This document shows positions 10,530-20,913 of a stretch of 64,000 bases of DNA, piece by piece. Location of the stretch: assembly GCA_044376115.1 (NCBI GenBank), contig JBILLK010000010.1, forward strand, positions 288,488-352,487, in the 5' to 3' direction. A program made the translations under genes and the position numbers. The stretch comes from Polyangiaceae bacterium. Its GTDB lineage: Bacteria > Myxococcota_A > Polyangia > Polyangiales > Polyangiaceae. Each line of letters begins with the position of its first letter. Positions within the stretch are counted from its first letter, which is position 1. Below the pieces are notes generated by a model. That model had not been told where the DNA came from, did not search any database, and saw nothing but the letters and a program-made list of their open reading frames with translations.

Positions 10530-11850
10530 TCTTCTCGTACATCGTTCGCAGTCCGATCCCCAACGCAGCGGCGGCGTTCTTTCGGTTGCCACCTACCTGT
10601 TTGAGTGCGCGCTCAATCGCCAAGCGCTCGAGCGCCTCGAGCGAGGACGGCCCGCCACCGGAGGTAGCAGCCGCGTCAGGCGCCTCATCGAATACGAGCG
10701 AGAAGTGTTCGACAGCGAGGGCTTGCCCATCCGAGAGGATCAGCGCTCGTTCGAGCGCGTTGCGTAGCTCGCGGATGTTCCCCGGCCACGGGTAACGCCG
10801 AAGCTCATCAAGCACAGGCTTAGAGAGCGGGACCTCGCGCCCCGAGAGCGCCCGCAGCAAAGCACTGGCAATGACCTGTAAGTCCTCCAGCCGCTCGCGC
10901 AGCGCAGGCAGTTTTACTGGGAATACGGCCAGCCGATGATAGAGGTCGTCGCGGAACGTGCGCTCGCGCACCATGGCACGTAGATCGCGATGGGTTGCTG
11001 CAATCCACCGTACGTCGACCTTGATCGACTTGGAGCCGCCGAGCCGTTCGAAGGACTTCTCCTCGATCGCCCGTAACAGTTTGGCCTGGAGAGCGGGCTG
11101 CAGTTCACCGACCTCATCCAGAAAGAAGGTCCCCCCGTCCGCGATCTCGATGCGACCCTTGCGCTCGGTATGTGCGCCGGTAAACGCTCCCCGTTCATGG
11201 CCGAAGAGTTCACTCTCGAGCAGGCTCTCGGTCAATACAGCGCAATTGATGGCCACGAACGGATTGTCGCTGCGGCTCGAAAGCTCGTGAATGGCGCGCG
11301 CGGTGACCTCCTTCCCGGTACCGCTCTCACCACTGAGCAGGACCGTAGCGCTGGTCTTGGCTACCTTCTGTACAGCGTCGACGACGGCCACCATCGAAGG
11401 CGCACTCGACGCTAAGTCTGACTTTGGCAATTGCGGGTGAGAGGGCAGGCTTGCCGTCAATTTGGCACGCCGCGCGAGCGCCTCGGCCACCAGGCTGCGC
11501 ACGGCCTTCGGTCCGGAGATCGGCTTTTCGAGGTAGTCGAACGCGCCCAACTTGAGCGCCTCGACCGCGGTGCTCACGTCACCAAAGGCTGTCAGTACCA
11601 CGATCTCAACGTCGGGCTGTTCAGCGCGCAAGGTGCGGACCAGCTCCATACCGCCGAGCACCGGCATACGTAAGTCGGTAATCACGAGATCGAAGCTCTG
11701 CTCGCGAGCGAGCGTGAGCGCCTCCGCACCATTTTCTGCGCGACTCACTTCATGACCCTCACGCTCGAGCGATTCAGCGAGAAAACTGCGAATGCCGTCT
11801 TCGTCATCAACGACCAAGACCGAGCCTCGTTCACTATGCGGTAATTTCAT
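10507..11850 (-). CDS. Sigma54-dependent response regulator (NtrC family)
   Basis: Receiver domain, [26 protein letters not shown], Fis-type HTH. Confidence 0.96.
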   Translation of the reverse strand: MKLPHSERGSVLVVDDEDGIRSFLAESLEREGHEVSRAENGAEALTLAREQSFDLVITDLRMPVLGGMELVRTLRAEQPDVEIVVLTAFGDVSTAVEALKLGAFDYLEKPISGPKAVRSLVAEALARRAKLTASLPSHPQLPKSDLASSAPSMVAVVDAVQKVAKTSATVLLSGESGTGKEVTARAIHELSSRSDNPFVAINCAVLTESLLESELFGHERGAFTGAHTERKGRIEIADGGTFFLDEVGELQPALQAKLLRAIEEKSFERLGGSKSIKVDVRWIAATHRDLRAMVRERTFRDDLYHRLAVFPVKLPALRERLEDLQVIASALLRALSGREVPLSKPVLDELRRYPWPGNIRELRNALERALILSDGQALAVEHFSLVFDEAPDAAATSGGGPSSLEALERLAIERALKQVGGNRKNAAAALGIGLRTMYEKIKRYDLR

Positions 11851-13199
11851 GCGTCGATGTTCGGTAGGGTTAGTCGAAAGAGGGCTCCACCCTCCGCGTG
11901 GTTCTCGGCAGTCAGGGCACCGCCATGCTGCTCGGCGACTCGACGGGCTATCGGTAGCCCAAGCCCCGTGCCGCGAACACGCGTGGTGACGAAGGGTTCA
12001 AAGATGGGCTCCTTGGGGAGACCGGGGCCGTGGTCTCGAACTTCAATGACTAGCCCACGGGCAGCCGAGAGCAGGTGTAGTTCAGCGCGACCGCTTGGGT
12101 CGGCGAGCAGGGCGTTTTCCAGTAAATTGTGAAGCGCCCGGACGATGCGCGCGCGGTCGACGCGGACCTGCTCGGGCGAGCCATCGCAATGAATGGATAC
12201 GCGCTCGCGGTCGAGCCCTTCCAGCGCTTCCTCGGCGAGCTGGCGCACGGGAACGAGCCGGGTATCGATGGCACCGTCACGGACGAACTCAAGCAGATTG
12301 CGCGTTAGCGATTCGAGCCGCTCGGCTTCATGAACGACGAGTTCGGCTTTGGCCTGGCCCTTCGGATCCTCGCTGAGCTGCTCGGCGAGAAGCTGCGCGT
12401 GCCCCTTGAGGGAGGCTAAAGGGTTGCGTAGCTCGTGCGCCATGATCGAAGACATCTGCCCAAGCGCGACCAGCCGCTTTTTACGGTCTGCCTCGAGCTG
12501 GAACTGCTCGACCTTGCGTAGGCTTCGAACCCAGCCCAACGCGAAGACCAAAAGCGCAAAGGCGGTAACGCCTCCCACAAGCAGGATGCGCCGAAGATCC
12601 GACTCGAGGTTGGTCCCAACCTTCGGTTCTAGTTCAATCACGATATGGCGCAGCTTCTCCCCGTCGGGTGGGCCTGGCGGCTGCGCTTCGCGAGCGTGCT
12701 CCGGGGGTGGAGAAGGCCGTGAACCCTGCGGCTCATCGGGAGGAGGTCGGGAATGAGAAGGGGGTGGCGGAGGCCTTTCACCGTCTGGAGAGAACGTCCC
12801 GGGAAACGCCGTGACAAACCTCGCACGACCACCGTTTCTCTGGAATTCGCCAGGGCGCGTTGCCCCGACGATCTCCGGTGGGCCTGACTCTACGAGCCGC
12901 CCTCCGCGTTCCCCAAAGGCCAGATAGCGCAGCCCTTCGCCCCGGTACTCTGCGAGCACCGCCTCGAGCTCCAGCTCGGGCGCCTCGGACGAGCGAAGTC
13001 GCTGCGTTACGGCGGCCGCCATCGCCTCGGCCTCGCCTCGAACGAGCACATCGGAGGCGGCCGAGAGCGCACGCTGGGCGAGCAGCACGGTCACGGCGAG
13101 AGCGAGCGCTGCAAGCACTGCAATCGCGACGCCTCCCCAAAGTACCCAGGTCCGGCTGCGCGCAAGGGGGGCATTGGGGGAGGAGGCGGGGGCGGCCAC
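11847..13199 (-). CDS. Sensor histidine kinase
   Basis: 2 TM, Pro-rich periplasmic insert, AHELRNPL, N box, DHGPG, GTGLGL; GTG start 13199 uncertain (ORF open to 13271). Confidence 0.92.
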   Translation of the reverse strand: MAAPASSPNAPLARSRTWVLWGGVAIAVLAALALAVTVLLAQRALSAASDVLVRGEAEAMAAAVTQRLRSSEAPELELEAVLAEYRGEGLRYLAFGERGGRLVESGPPEIVGATRPGEFQRNGGRARFVTAFPGTFSPDGERPPPPPSHSRPPPDEPQGSRPSPPPEHAREAQPPGPPDGEKLRHIVIELEPKVGTNLESDLRRILLVGGVTAFALLVFALGWVRSLRKVEQFQLEADRKKRLVALGQMSSIMAHELRNPLASLKGHAQLLAEQLSEDPKGQAKAELVVHEAERLESLTRNLLEFVRDGAIDTRLVPVRQLAEEALEGLDRERVSIHCDGSPEQVRVDRARIVRALHNLLENALLADPSGRAELHLLSAARGLVIEVRDHGPGLPKEPIFEPFVTTRVRGTGLGLPIARRVAEQHGGALTAENHAEGGALFRLTLPNIDA

Positions 13200-13280
13200 G
13201 AAAGCTGGTCTGCAAATTACTAGCCGCAGCAGGCCAGCGCTAGCCGCACGGTACGCGGGCCAACTGCACAATCAACCGCA

Positions 13281-13315
13281 TGCGGAATTCGCGTCCACAG
13301 AGTGCGGATTCTGCA
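13281..13315. promoter_or_regulatory. Tandem near-palindromic boxes, probable enhancer (UAS)
   Basis: TGCGGAATTCGCG (13281) and TGCGGATTCTGCA (13303), 22 bp apart, upstream of a sigma54 site. Confidence 0.55.
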
Positions 13316-13356
13316 GCTCGGAGAAAAGAATGACTACTAATCCGGCTACTTTTGCG

Positions 13357-13372
13357 TGGCACACAGGCTGCT
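13357..13372 (+). promoter_or_regulatory. Sigma54 -24/-12 promoter
   Basis: TGGCACACAGGCTGCT, GG-N10-GC spacing, just before ATG 13384. Confidence 0.75.
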
Positions 13373-13383
13373 AATGCCCATTC

Positions 13384-14241
13384 ATGGACCACCACCACGA
13401 CGACGACCTCCACCACCAAGGACTTAGCCGCGACCTCGAGACGCTGACGCGAAAGGCTCGCGAGCGGCGCCAGGTGCTTCGTTGGCTCACCTCCACGGGC
13501 ATGCTGGCCTTGGCCGGCTGCGGCGCGAGCACCGAAACCAGCGGCGGCAGTGGCGGTAGTGGCGGCAGCGGCGGGGCAGAGAGCGGTGGCGGTGGCAGTG
13601 GCGGCGCGGGCGCTGGCTCGTGCTCGGAGATCCCCGAGGAGACCGCCGGACCTTACCCTGGCGACGGCTCCAACGGCGTCAATGCGCTCACGCTCTCGGG
13701 CATCGTTCGCAGCGACATCCGCTCCAGCATCGATGACGCCAGCGGCACCGCTGAGGGCGTGGAATTGACAGTTACGCTAACGATCCTCGACAAGACCGAC
13801 TGCTCACCGATCGCTGGACGCGCCGTGTACCTCTGGCATTGCAATCAAGCAGGCGAGTACTCCATGTACTCCGCGGCCATCGCCGACGAGAACTACCTGC
13901 GCGGCGTGCAGGAGACGGACGAAAACGGCCAGGTGACGTTTACTACGATATTCCCAGGCTGCTACGACGGCCGCTGGCCGCATATGCACTTTGAGGTGTA
14001 CCCGAGCCTCGCATCAGCGACCGACTCAGCCAATAAGCTCGCTACTTCTCAATTGGCGATGCCAGAGGCCGCGTGCAACGAGGTGTACGCGACGAGCGGC
14101 TACGAGGCCAGCGTAGAGAACCTAGCCAATACCAGCCTCACCAGCGACAACGTCTTTGGTGACGACGGCGCAGAGCTGCAGCTTGCAGCTGTGAGCGAGG
14201 CCGGTGAGGGCTATCTCGCGACGCTGACCGTGAGCGTTTGA
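13384..14241 (+). CDS. Intradiol ring-cleavage dioxygenase-like Tat lipoprotein
   Basis: ERRQVL twin-Arg, LAGC, ETAGPYP, WHCNQAGEYS, LRGVQ.TD, PGCYDGRWPHMH. Confidence 0.85.
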   Translation: MDHHHDDDLHHQGLSRDLETLTRKARERRQVLRWLTSTGMLALAGCGASTETSGGSGGSGGSGGAESGGGGSGGAGAGSCSEIPEETAGPYPGDGSNGVNALTLSGIVRSDIRSSIDDASGTAEGVELTVTLTILDKTDCSPIAGRAVYLWHCNQAGEYSMYSAAIADENYLRGVQETDENGQVTFTTIFPGCYDGRWPHMHFEVYPSLASATDSANKLATSQLAMPEAACNEVYATSGYEASVENLANTSLTSDNVFGDDGAELQLAAVSEAGEGYLATLTVSV

Positions 14242-14242
14242 A

Positions 14243-14956
14243 CTAGAGGGTTTGCGGATCGGTCGCGTCGCCGAACCAAACGACCGCGTAGCTGTCTTTC
14301 ATACCGCAGCCCATGGCTGGCCAGGGGTTGAAGGGCTGCCAAGTACCGGCGTTGAGGATCACCTCGTGGTGCCCGGGGCTGCTCTGCCAAAGCGCGAGGG
14401 CGGACTCGGGCGTGCCCGCGCCAGAGGCCGCAATCTCATAGCCATTACCGCTATATTGATTAGGCCCCCAGGTAGCGGTGAGTTCTGCCGGCTTGCTCCA
14501 CATGCATTGGGCTTGGGCGTGGTCGGAGGTGTAACAACAACCCGACCAACTGCCGAGCTCCGACCAGCTGTGGAGGTTGCAGTTCCCCGAGGCGATCTCC
14601 GGATGGGCTGACAGATCGGCGACGTGGGCCTCGGCGACCGTCATCAATGCCACCGAAACCGGTACTTCGGCGAGCCCTTGGCTAACTCGATATTCGTTGA
14701 TGACATCGCACAGGCTAAGTCCTTGGGCGTCGAAGTTGGGGCCGCTACCTCCAAGGCCGCTACCGCCGCTGCTTTGGCCGCCGCTCGAGCTACTTCCGGC
14801 TCCTTGGCCGGAGCTCGACGACGCTCCGCCAGCGCCTCCTGCATTAGCGCCGCCGGCACCGCTGTTCTCGCCTCCAGCCCCTGAGGAGGTGCTGCTCGAG
14901 GAGTCCCCACAACCCCAAACCAACAAGGCTCCCAGCGTCAGGACGAATGCTCGCAT
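14243..14956 (-). CDS. CAP/SCP-domain lipoprotein
   Basis: VWGC lipobox, INEYRVSQGL, AEAHVAD, WQSSPGH. Confidence 0.85.
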   Translation of the reverse strand: MRAFVLTLGALLVWGCGDSSSSTSSGAGGENSGAGGANAGGAGGASSSSGQGAGSSSSGGQSSGGSGLGGSGPNFDAQGLSLCDVINEYRVSQGLAEVPVSVALMTVAEAHVADLSAHPEIASGNCNLHSWSELGSWSGCCYTSDHAQAQCMWSKPAELTATWGPNQYSGNGYEIAASGAGTPESALALWQSSPGHHEVILNAGTWQPFNPWPAMGCGMKDSYAVVWFGDATDPQTL

Positions 14957-14998
14957 GGCGAACAGGGTATCACCGCTTGGGGCGGCGGAGCGGCGCAA

Positions 14999-15676
14999 TC
15001 ACTTCGCCGCGCACAACGGGCAGCTAGCGACAGCGTGAGGCGCGTCACGACGATGAAGGTCGAGCACGGCGCGTGAAATGGTGGCTAGCTCGCGGCGGAC
15101 CTCACGCCGTTTACCTGCTATCCGCGGAATTACCATATTATCGTAGGCCGTCGTTTGGTGACGCATCCAAGCGATGACCGCCGACTCGGCGCGCTCGGCG
15201 ATCGGGATGCGCTCGGTGCGCGCGACCGTGCCGCTGCCCACTGGAGTGGCGTGAACGGTGACGCGCTTGGCCACGCTGCGACCGAGCTCGGCCCAGTGCG
15301 GAGAGAAGCGCAAAAAGCCGAGCACCTCATCCTCGAAGGAGAGGACGTACACCGCTTGCTTGTGCTCCCGCCGCTTTACGTCGGCGACGCGCTTTTTGGC
15401 GTAGCCCTCGGTCGAGCGCTCGGCCTCGAGCGCCGCGCGTGCGCTCTCGACGTTTTCACGAGGCGCCCAAAGGCCCTTGGAGAAGGCCTTGCGCCCCCGC
15501 TTCTCGATCACCGCCCAGGAAGGCCCGGCCGCCTTGACCCGCCGCGTGAGCCCCGCGTCCCCTGGCGGCAGACAGACCCAACCACCCGGGACGACGTACT
15601 TGGTGCCGTCGGGCCCGACGAACTCATTGGGGCGAGCGGTGGGCGCGAGAACGAGGCTTTCGGAGGGAGCTGCCAT
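14999..15676 (-). CDS. DUF2293-like protein
   Basis: GDAGLTRRVK, HATPVGSGTVART, AVIAWMRHQTTAYD. Confidence 0.8.
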   Translation of the reverse strand: MAAPSESLVLAPTARPNEFVGPDGTKYVVPGGWVCLPPGDAGLTRRVKAAGPSWAVIEKRGRKAFSKGLWAPRENVESARAALEAERSTEGYAKKRVADVKRREHKQAVYVLSFEDEVLGFLRFSPHWAELGRSVAKRVTVHATPVGSGTVARTERIPIAERAESAVIAWMRHQTTAYDNMVIPRIAGKRREVRRELATISRAVLDLHRRDAPHAVASCPLCAAK

Positions 15677-15752
15677 GGGTCAAAAGCGCTATGCCACGAC
15701 CCGCCGGCAGAGCGCTAGTCCTAGGCTCGAAAGCGTCTTCGGCTCGTCGCGC

Positions 15753-15797
15753 AGAACAAACAGAAAGAGCCACGTACTCTCGCGAGGACGTGGCTCT
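15753..15797 (-). terminator. Rho-independent terminator of rpsA
   Basis: AGAGCCACGT...ACGTGGCTCT stem followed on minus strand by TTCTGTTTGTTCT. Confidence 0.75.
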
Positions 15798-15831
15798 CGT
15801 TACTGGCGCTGGAGTCACCTCCAGCCCAGGT

Positions 15832-17541
15832 TCACTTCAGCTCGAGCTTGCCGCCGAGCTTCTCCTTGATCAGGTCGCCGAGGGTACCAGCGGGCTTCGC
15901 TGACTCCTCTTGAACCTTGCGCGGAGCGGGAGCGGGACGCTCGGCGCCGATGTTCTTGGAGGTCAAGAACACGCGACGCTCGGAGGTATCCAAGCTCATC
16001 ATCTCGGCGCGGATGGTGTCTCCGGCCTTGGCCTTCTGACCCTCCTCATCGAGCTCCTCTTTGGCGATGAAGCCCTCGACACCCTCTCGGAGTCGAACGA
16101 ACAGACCGTAATCCACGACCGAGATGATGAGGGCGTCGTCGAAGACGCGACCCATCGGGAACTCGGTGTGCATCGAGGGCCACGGATCATCCCAGAGCTG
16201 CTTGATGCCGAGGGAGACCTTCTTCTCGTCGTGGTTGATCGAGAGGATGATGGCCTCGACGTCGTCGCCCTTCTTGTACAGATCGCTCGGGTTGTTGGCC
16301 CGGACGCTCCACGACAAGTCGCTGCGGTGAACCATGCCGTCCACGCCCTCTTCGATCCCGACGAATACGCCGTAATCGGTGATGGAGCGGACCTTGCCCG
16401 CGATCTTGTCGCCGGGGTTGTACTTGTCGGTGAAGACCATCCAGGGATCGGGCTCGAGCTGCTTGAGACCGAGGCTGATGCGCTTGGCGCGCGCGTCGAC
16501 CTCGAGCACCTGGCACTCGACCTCTTGCGTCAGCTCGAGGAGCTTGGAGGGGTGCTTGACCTTCTTGGTCCAGCTCATCTCGCTGACGTGGATGAGACCT
16601 TCCACGCCCGGCTCCAGCTCGACGAAGGCGCCATAGTCCGTGATGGACATGACCTTGCCGCGAACCTTCTTGCCGGCGGGGTACGCCTCTTCCGCGTGAT
16701 TCCAGGGATCTTCCTGGGTCTGCTTGAGGCCGAGGCTGACGCGCTCGGTCTCGGGGTTGTACTTGAGGACCTTGACGGTGACCTCGTCGCCAACCTGGAA
16801 GACCTCGTTCGGGTGGTTGACGCGACCCCACGACATATCCGTGATGTGGAGCAGGCCGTCGATGCCGCCGAGGTCCACGAACGCACCGTACTCGGTGATG
16901 TTCTTGATGGTGCCTTTGACGGTCATGCCCTCGGTCAGGGTCTGCAGCGTCTTCTGCTTCATCTCATCGCGTTCACGCTCCAAAAGGACGCGTCGCGAGA
17001 GCACGATGTTGCCGCGCTTCTTGTTGAACTTGATGACCTTGAAACGGTAGGTCTGGCCGATCAACTTATCGAGGTTGCGGATGGGGCGCAGGTCGACCTG
17101 TGAGCCGGGGAGGAACGCCTTGACGCCACCTTTGATGGTAACGGATAGGCCGCCCTTCACGCGCTGGCTGATGGTCCCCTCGATGAGCTCGTCCGCTTCA
17201 CAAGCGTTCGAGATCTCGTCCCACACCTTCATCTTGTCAGCCTTCTCTTTGGAAAGCGTGACGAGACCGTCGTCGTTCTCTCGACTCTCGATGTAGACGT
17301 CTACCGTGTCCCCTGCCTTCACCGTCACGGTGCCCGTGGCGTCGATGAATTCCTTCAGGGGGATGGCACCTTCGCTCTTGCCGCCGATATCGACGACAAC
17401 AGTGTCGCGATTGACGGCGACGATGGTGCCTACAACTATCTCACCTTCATTACCGAAATCGCCCTCGGCGATGCTCTGCTCGAAAAGAGCGGCAAACGAG
17501 TCCATACCTTCGTCTGCTGCTGCGGTTTGGGTTTGGTTCAT
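15832..17541 (-). CDS. rpsA: 30S ribosomal protein S1
   Basis: Six S1 domains (AFLPGSQVD, YGAFVDLGGIDGLLHITDMSW, EGLIHVSEMSW). Confidence 0.98.
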   Translation of the reverse strand: MNQTQTAAADEGMDSFAALFEQSIAEGDFGNEGEIVVGTIVAVNRDTVVVDIGGKSEGAIPLKEFIDATGTVTVKAGDTVDVYIESRENDDGLVTLSKEKADKMKVWDEISNACEADELIEGTISQRVKGGLSVTIKGGVKAFLPGSQVDLRPIRNLDKLIGQTYRFKVIKFNKKRGNIVLSRRVLLERERDEMKQKTLQTLTEGMTVKGTIKNITEYGAFVDLGGIDGLLHITDMSWGRVNHPNEVFQVGDEVTVKVLKYNPETERVSLGLKQTQEDPWNHAEEAYPAGKKVRGKVMSITDYGAFVELEPGVEGLIHVSEMSWTKKVKHPSKLLELTQEVECQVLEVDARAKRISLGLKQLEPDPWMVFTDKYNPGDKIAGKVRSITDYGVFVGIEEGVDGMVHRSDLSWSVRANNPSDLYKKGDDVEAIILSINHDEKKVSLGIKQLWDDPWPSMHTEFPMGRVFDDALIISVVDYGLFVRLREGVEGFIAKEELDEEGQKAKAGDTIRAEMMSLDTSERRVFLTSKNIGAERPAPAPRKVQEESAKPAGTLGDLIKEKLGGKLELK

Positions 17542-17721
17542 GCTGTTGGTTTAACTTCCTTCTTCTCGGCACTTTCCGTGCAGCGAGGCTGGCCGGAATA
17601 GTCTTCCCTCGGGGCCATGTCAACGCGGGGACCAGGCGAGAGCGCCCGTTCAGGGCTTTGCTTTGGGCCTGCGCAGGCGAGCTTGAAGACAAGGTGTAGG
17701 AGATCCGCCTATTGTTCGCCC

Positions 17722-19549
17722 ATGAGCGAAGGTCGCAACGACCTCGACACCCCGCTTCCGATAGGCCAGCGAGTGGGCCGCGAGCCAGTGCGACCGGGCT
17801 CCTGCTGCCCGACCGCTACGTTGCCCCGTCGCGCATCGCCAGCGGCGGGATGGGGGAGATTTGGCGCTTTCGCGATGCGCGGCTCGGTCGCGACGTCGTG
17901 CTCAAGCGACTGCACACGGAGGCTGGTGGTCGGCTCGAGGCGCGGCTGGCCTTCGAGAAGGAGGCCCAACTCCAGGCTTCGCTCGGCCACCCAGGCATCG
18001 TCTCGGTCTTCGATTTGGCGGAGGACGAGCTCGGCCAGGCTTACTTCACGATGCAGGAGGTCCAGGGAACGACCTTGGCCGACGCGCTTGAAAGCGTGCC
18101 CACCTCGCCTAGCCGCTCGCCTTGGTCGCGCCGTTCCTTGCTCGAGGTGCTGGCGCGCGTGAGCCTCACCGTCGCGTTTGCGCACCAGCGTGGCGTGCTG
18201 CATCTCGACCTCAAGCCGGAGAACATCATGCTGGGTCACTTCGGCGAGGTGTATGTGCTCGATTGGGGCATCGCCCGGCGCACGAGCGACGCGCCCAGCG
18301 AGGCAGAAGGCGCCGCCCTGCTCGGAACCTTGCCGTACATGTCGCCGGAGCAAGCGCGCCAAGAACCGCCCGACGAGCGCTCCGACGTTTTCGCCCTGGG
18401 TGCGATTCTGTTCGAGCTGCTGAGCGCGGGTCAGGCATGTCCGAACTGCTGCGTTTGGCTCGCAAGGACCCACAAGCGGGTGCGCGGCTGAGCGCGGCGG
18501 GAGTGCCCTACGAGCTCGTGGTGTTATGCGCCAAAGCCACCGCCTTCGACAAGGCCGATAGAATGCCGACCGCGCTCGCGTTTCATGCGGCGCTCGAGAG
18601 CTGGCTCGACGGGGAGCGCGACCTTGGCCGCCGACGCGAGGAAGCGGAACGCTCGCTGGCCAAAGCGCGTGCAGCGCATGAAGCGGGAGAGCCCTTACCC
18701 GTGGTCATGCGCCAATTGAGCCGCGCGGTGGCGCTCGCGCCGGACCACGAGCCCGCGTTAGCGCTGCTCTCGACGATGATGCTCGAGGCGGCGCAAGCAG
18801 TGCCCGAAGGCGCCAGACGCGAGCTGGAGCGCGAAGCCGAGGCGGCGGGAAAACGTGGGGCCCTGCTCGGGTTACTCACCTATGCCGCGTGGTTCTGCAT
18901 GCTTCCGTTGGCGCTATTCGTCGGAGTCAAGTCGTTCGCCGCGCTGGCGCTGATCGTGGTACCCGCACTCGCCGCGATGGTGGTTTCAGCGTGGGCCTAT
19001 CGCAAAGGTTGGAGCAACGGACGACTCGCTGCGGCCATTGTCTCGAGCTTCGTATGCATCGCCGGATTTGCCGCCGCGTTTGGACCGCTGCTGGTTTTAC
19101 CGGGACTGCTGACGGCCAACATCATGCCGTTGCTCCATCTTTCGGGCGAGCGGCCGCGCTTCAAGCATTTGGTGCTGACCTGCGCCTTGCTTGGTCTGGC
19201 CATTCCACTCGGGCTTGAGTGGCTTGGAGTGGTACCTCCTTCCTACGCCTGGCGCGATGGGACGATGACTGTGTTGCCTCGGCTGATCGACCTGCCGCCG
19301 GTTGGCTCGACCATCATCTTATTGGTCGGCTCCGTGCTCAACATCTTCTCTTGTCACTTCACCGTGGCGGCCTCGGTACAGCAGCAGCTGCGCGCACGGA
19401 CCGAGGCGCTCTCGCAAACGCATGTCATGCAGGAGGTCATGCCGGAGGCGCTGCGCGCGGTCGCGCCGCGGCGTCTCGAGGGGGACTTCGCCGCGAGCGG
19501 TCGAGATTCTCTGGCGCCTATGAACGCGGGACGGCCGTCAAGCTACTGA
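17722..19549 (+). pseudogene. Membrane-anchored Ser/Thr protein kinase, frameshifted (pseudogene or sequencing error)
   Basis: Kinase motifs (SGGMG, VVLK, HLDLKPEN, DWG, GTLPYMSPEQ, DVFALG) in ORF 17712..18491; C-lobe end and multi-TM tail in ORF 18122..19549; ATG 17722 lies in a third frame. Confidence 0.78.
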
Positions 19550-19555
19550 CAGGGC

Positions 19556-19870
19556 GTGGTTCAGTTCCTTAAGCGAATGTTCGGTGCAGAAGCCAGCAAG
19601 ATCCCGCCCATCTTGGTGCGGCTGCGCACACGGACGAAGAGTCAGGAGCCTGGTTTCGCCGAGGGCTCGGTGCTGGTGGAAGCACAATGGGACTCGGCCC
19701 AAGCGCCTCAACGCTGGCTGACGCAAGCAGCTCAGGGCCTTTGCATCATTCCCTGGCAGCAAGGCCGCAGGGTTCGCCTGCGCTTCTCCCATCATTCGGC
19801 GAGCGGCGAGCTCGAGCTTACCCACCATGAAGCTCAGGCAGGCTCGGCCGCAGAGCTCTGGCTGGCCTAA
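19556..19870 (+). CDS. Hypothetical protein
   Basis: Fills the gap after the kinase; plausible GTG start; no recognised motif. Confidence 0.5.
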   Translation: MVQFLKRMFGAEASKIPPILVRLRTRTKSQEPGFAEGSVLVEAQWDSAQAPQRWLTQAAQGLCIIPWQQGRRVRLRFSHHSASGELELTHHEAQAGSAAELWLA

Positions 19871-20913
19871 CTCGGCTGGAACCGCGCCTTGAGCAGCCGC
19901 CCGAGTTTGCGCAGGATCAGCGCATCCGCGAGCCCTGGGAACAGCGCGTTGAGGCTGGCGAGCAGCCGCGTCGAAAAGCCCATGGTCTGTACCGTGCGGC
20001 CCATCAAAAGCGCCTGCAGGACGAAGTCGGCGACCGCCGCGGTCGGTACAGGCCGAGTTCCCATCGCGGTCCAGAGCTCAGCGTACGGACGCTCGGCCGC
20101 AGTATCCGCAGGCGCTGGAGAAACGAACACCAACCGTGAGGGGTTTGCCTCCAGATCGAGTTCACGATTGATCGACTCACAGAAAGCAGCCAACCCCGCG
20201 CGGGCCGCGACATCTGCGCTGTAGTAGGGAAACGCGAGCCGCCCGTCGCCGAAGCCACCAAGCAGTGCGATGGTCCCGCCCTGCTCCAGCCGAGGGAGAA
20301 AGGCTTTGCTTATGAGCATCGGCGCGCGCAGGTCGATCGCCAGCTGCTTGTCGATCTCCTCGATCGTGTGCTCGCTGAAGGCCTTCCGAACATCGACACC
20401 TGCAGCACAGACCACGTGATCAATCGGGCCTTGCGCACGAATGCGCTCGGCCGCCTGCTCGATCGAATGGTGATCACTGAGCTCCATGAACTCATGGGAA
20501 GCAGAAAGCTCTTTCGCCAGTCCGTCCTGGTCGGCTGAACTGCGCGTCACCAGCACTGGACTCGCTCCTTCGCGATGCAGCGCCCGCGCGATGGCCGAGC
20601 CAAGTCCGCCGTTCGCGCCAATCACCACCACACGCTTGTTGGCGAAGCTACCCCCGCGATCCACCCTCGGTCGACGAAACCGCGCCAAGGCCTGGGCGCC
20701 CAGCACGAGACTGGCGCCCCAAAAGAGTGCCTCTCCGACCGCGATACAAACTCCTGCCAACGCCACGCGCGAAGCGGCCTCGAGAGGCAAGAACGGCACG
20801 ACCAGAAAGGCCGCAAACCAAACTGGGAACGACAGGATCACCGCAGCCCAAGCGAGCTTGATGAGCCAACGCGGCTTCGCCTTTGGGGCGCCAGTCGAGG
20901 TGACTTTGGTCAT
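19867..20913 (-). CDS. SDR-fold oxidoreductase with N-terminal 2-TM (transporter-suffix-like) domain
   Basis: IGANGGLG Rossmann motif, CAAG; hydrophobic N-terminus with PFLP...GEALFW. Confidence 0.78.
   Translation of the reverse strand: MTKVTSTGAPKAKPRWLIKLAWAAVILSFPVWFAAFLVVPFLPLEAASRVALAGVCIAVGEALFWGASLVLGAQALARFRRPRVDRGGSFANKRVVVIGANGGLGSAIARALHREGASPVLVTRSSADQDGLAKELSASHEFMELSDHHSIEQAAERIRAQGPIDHVVCAAGVDVRKAFSEHTIEEIDKQLAIDLRAPMLISKAFLPRLEQGGTIALLGGFGDGRLAFPYYSADVAARAGLAAFCESINRELDLEANPSRLVFVSPAPADTAAERPYAELWTAMGTRPVPTAAVADFVLQALLMGRTVQTMGFSTRLLASLNALFPGLADALILRKLGRLLKARFQPS

Noticed and set aside
15910..17103. Long antisense ORFs (also 23667, 31130, 32491, 39867, 45356, 53115, 58192)
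   Set aside because: Shadows of well-supported genes, caused by high-GC codon bias.
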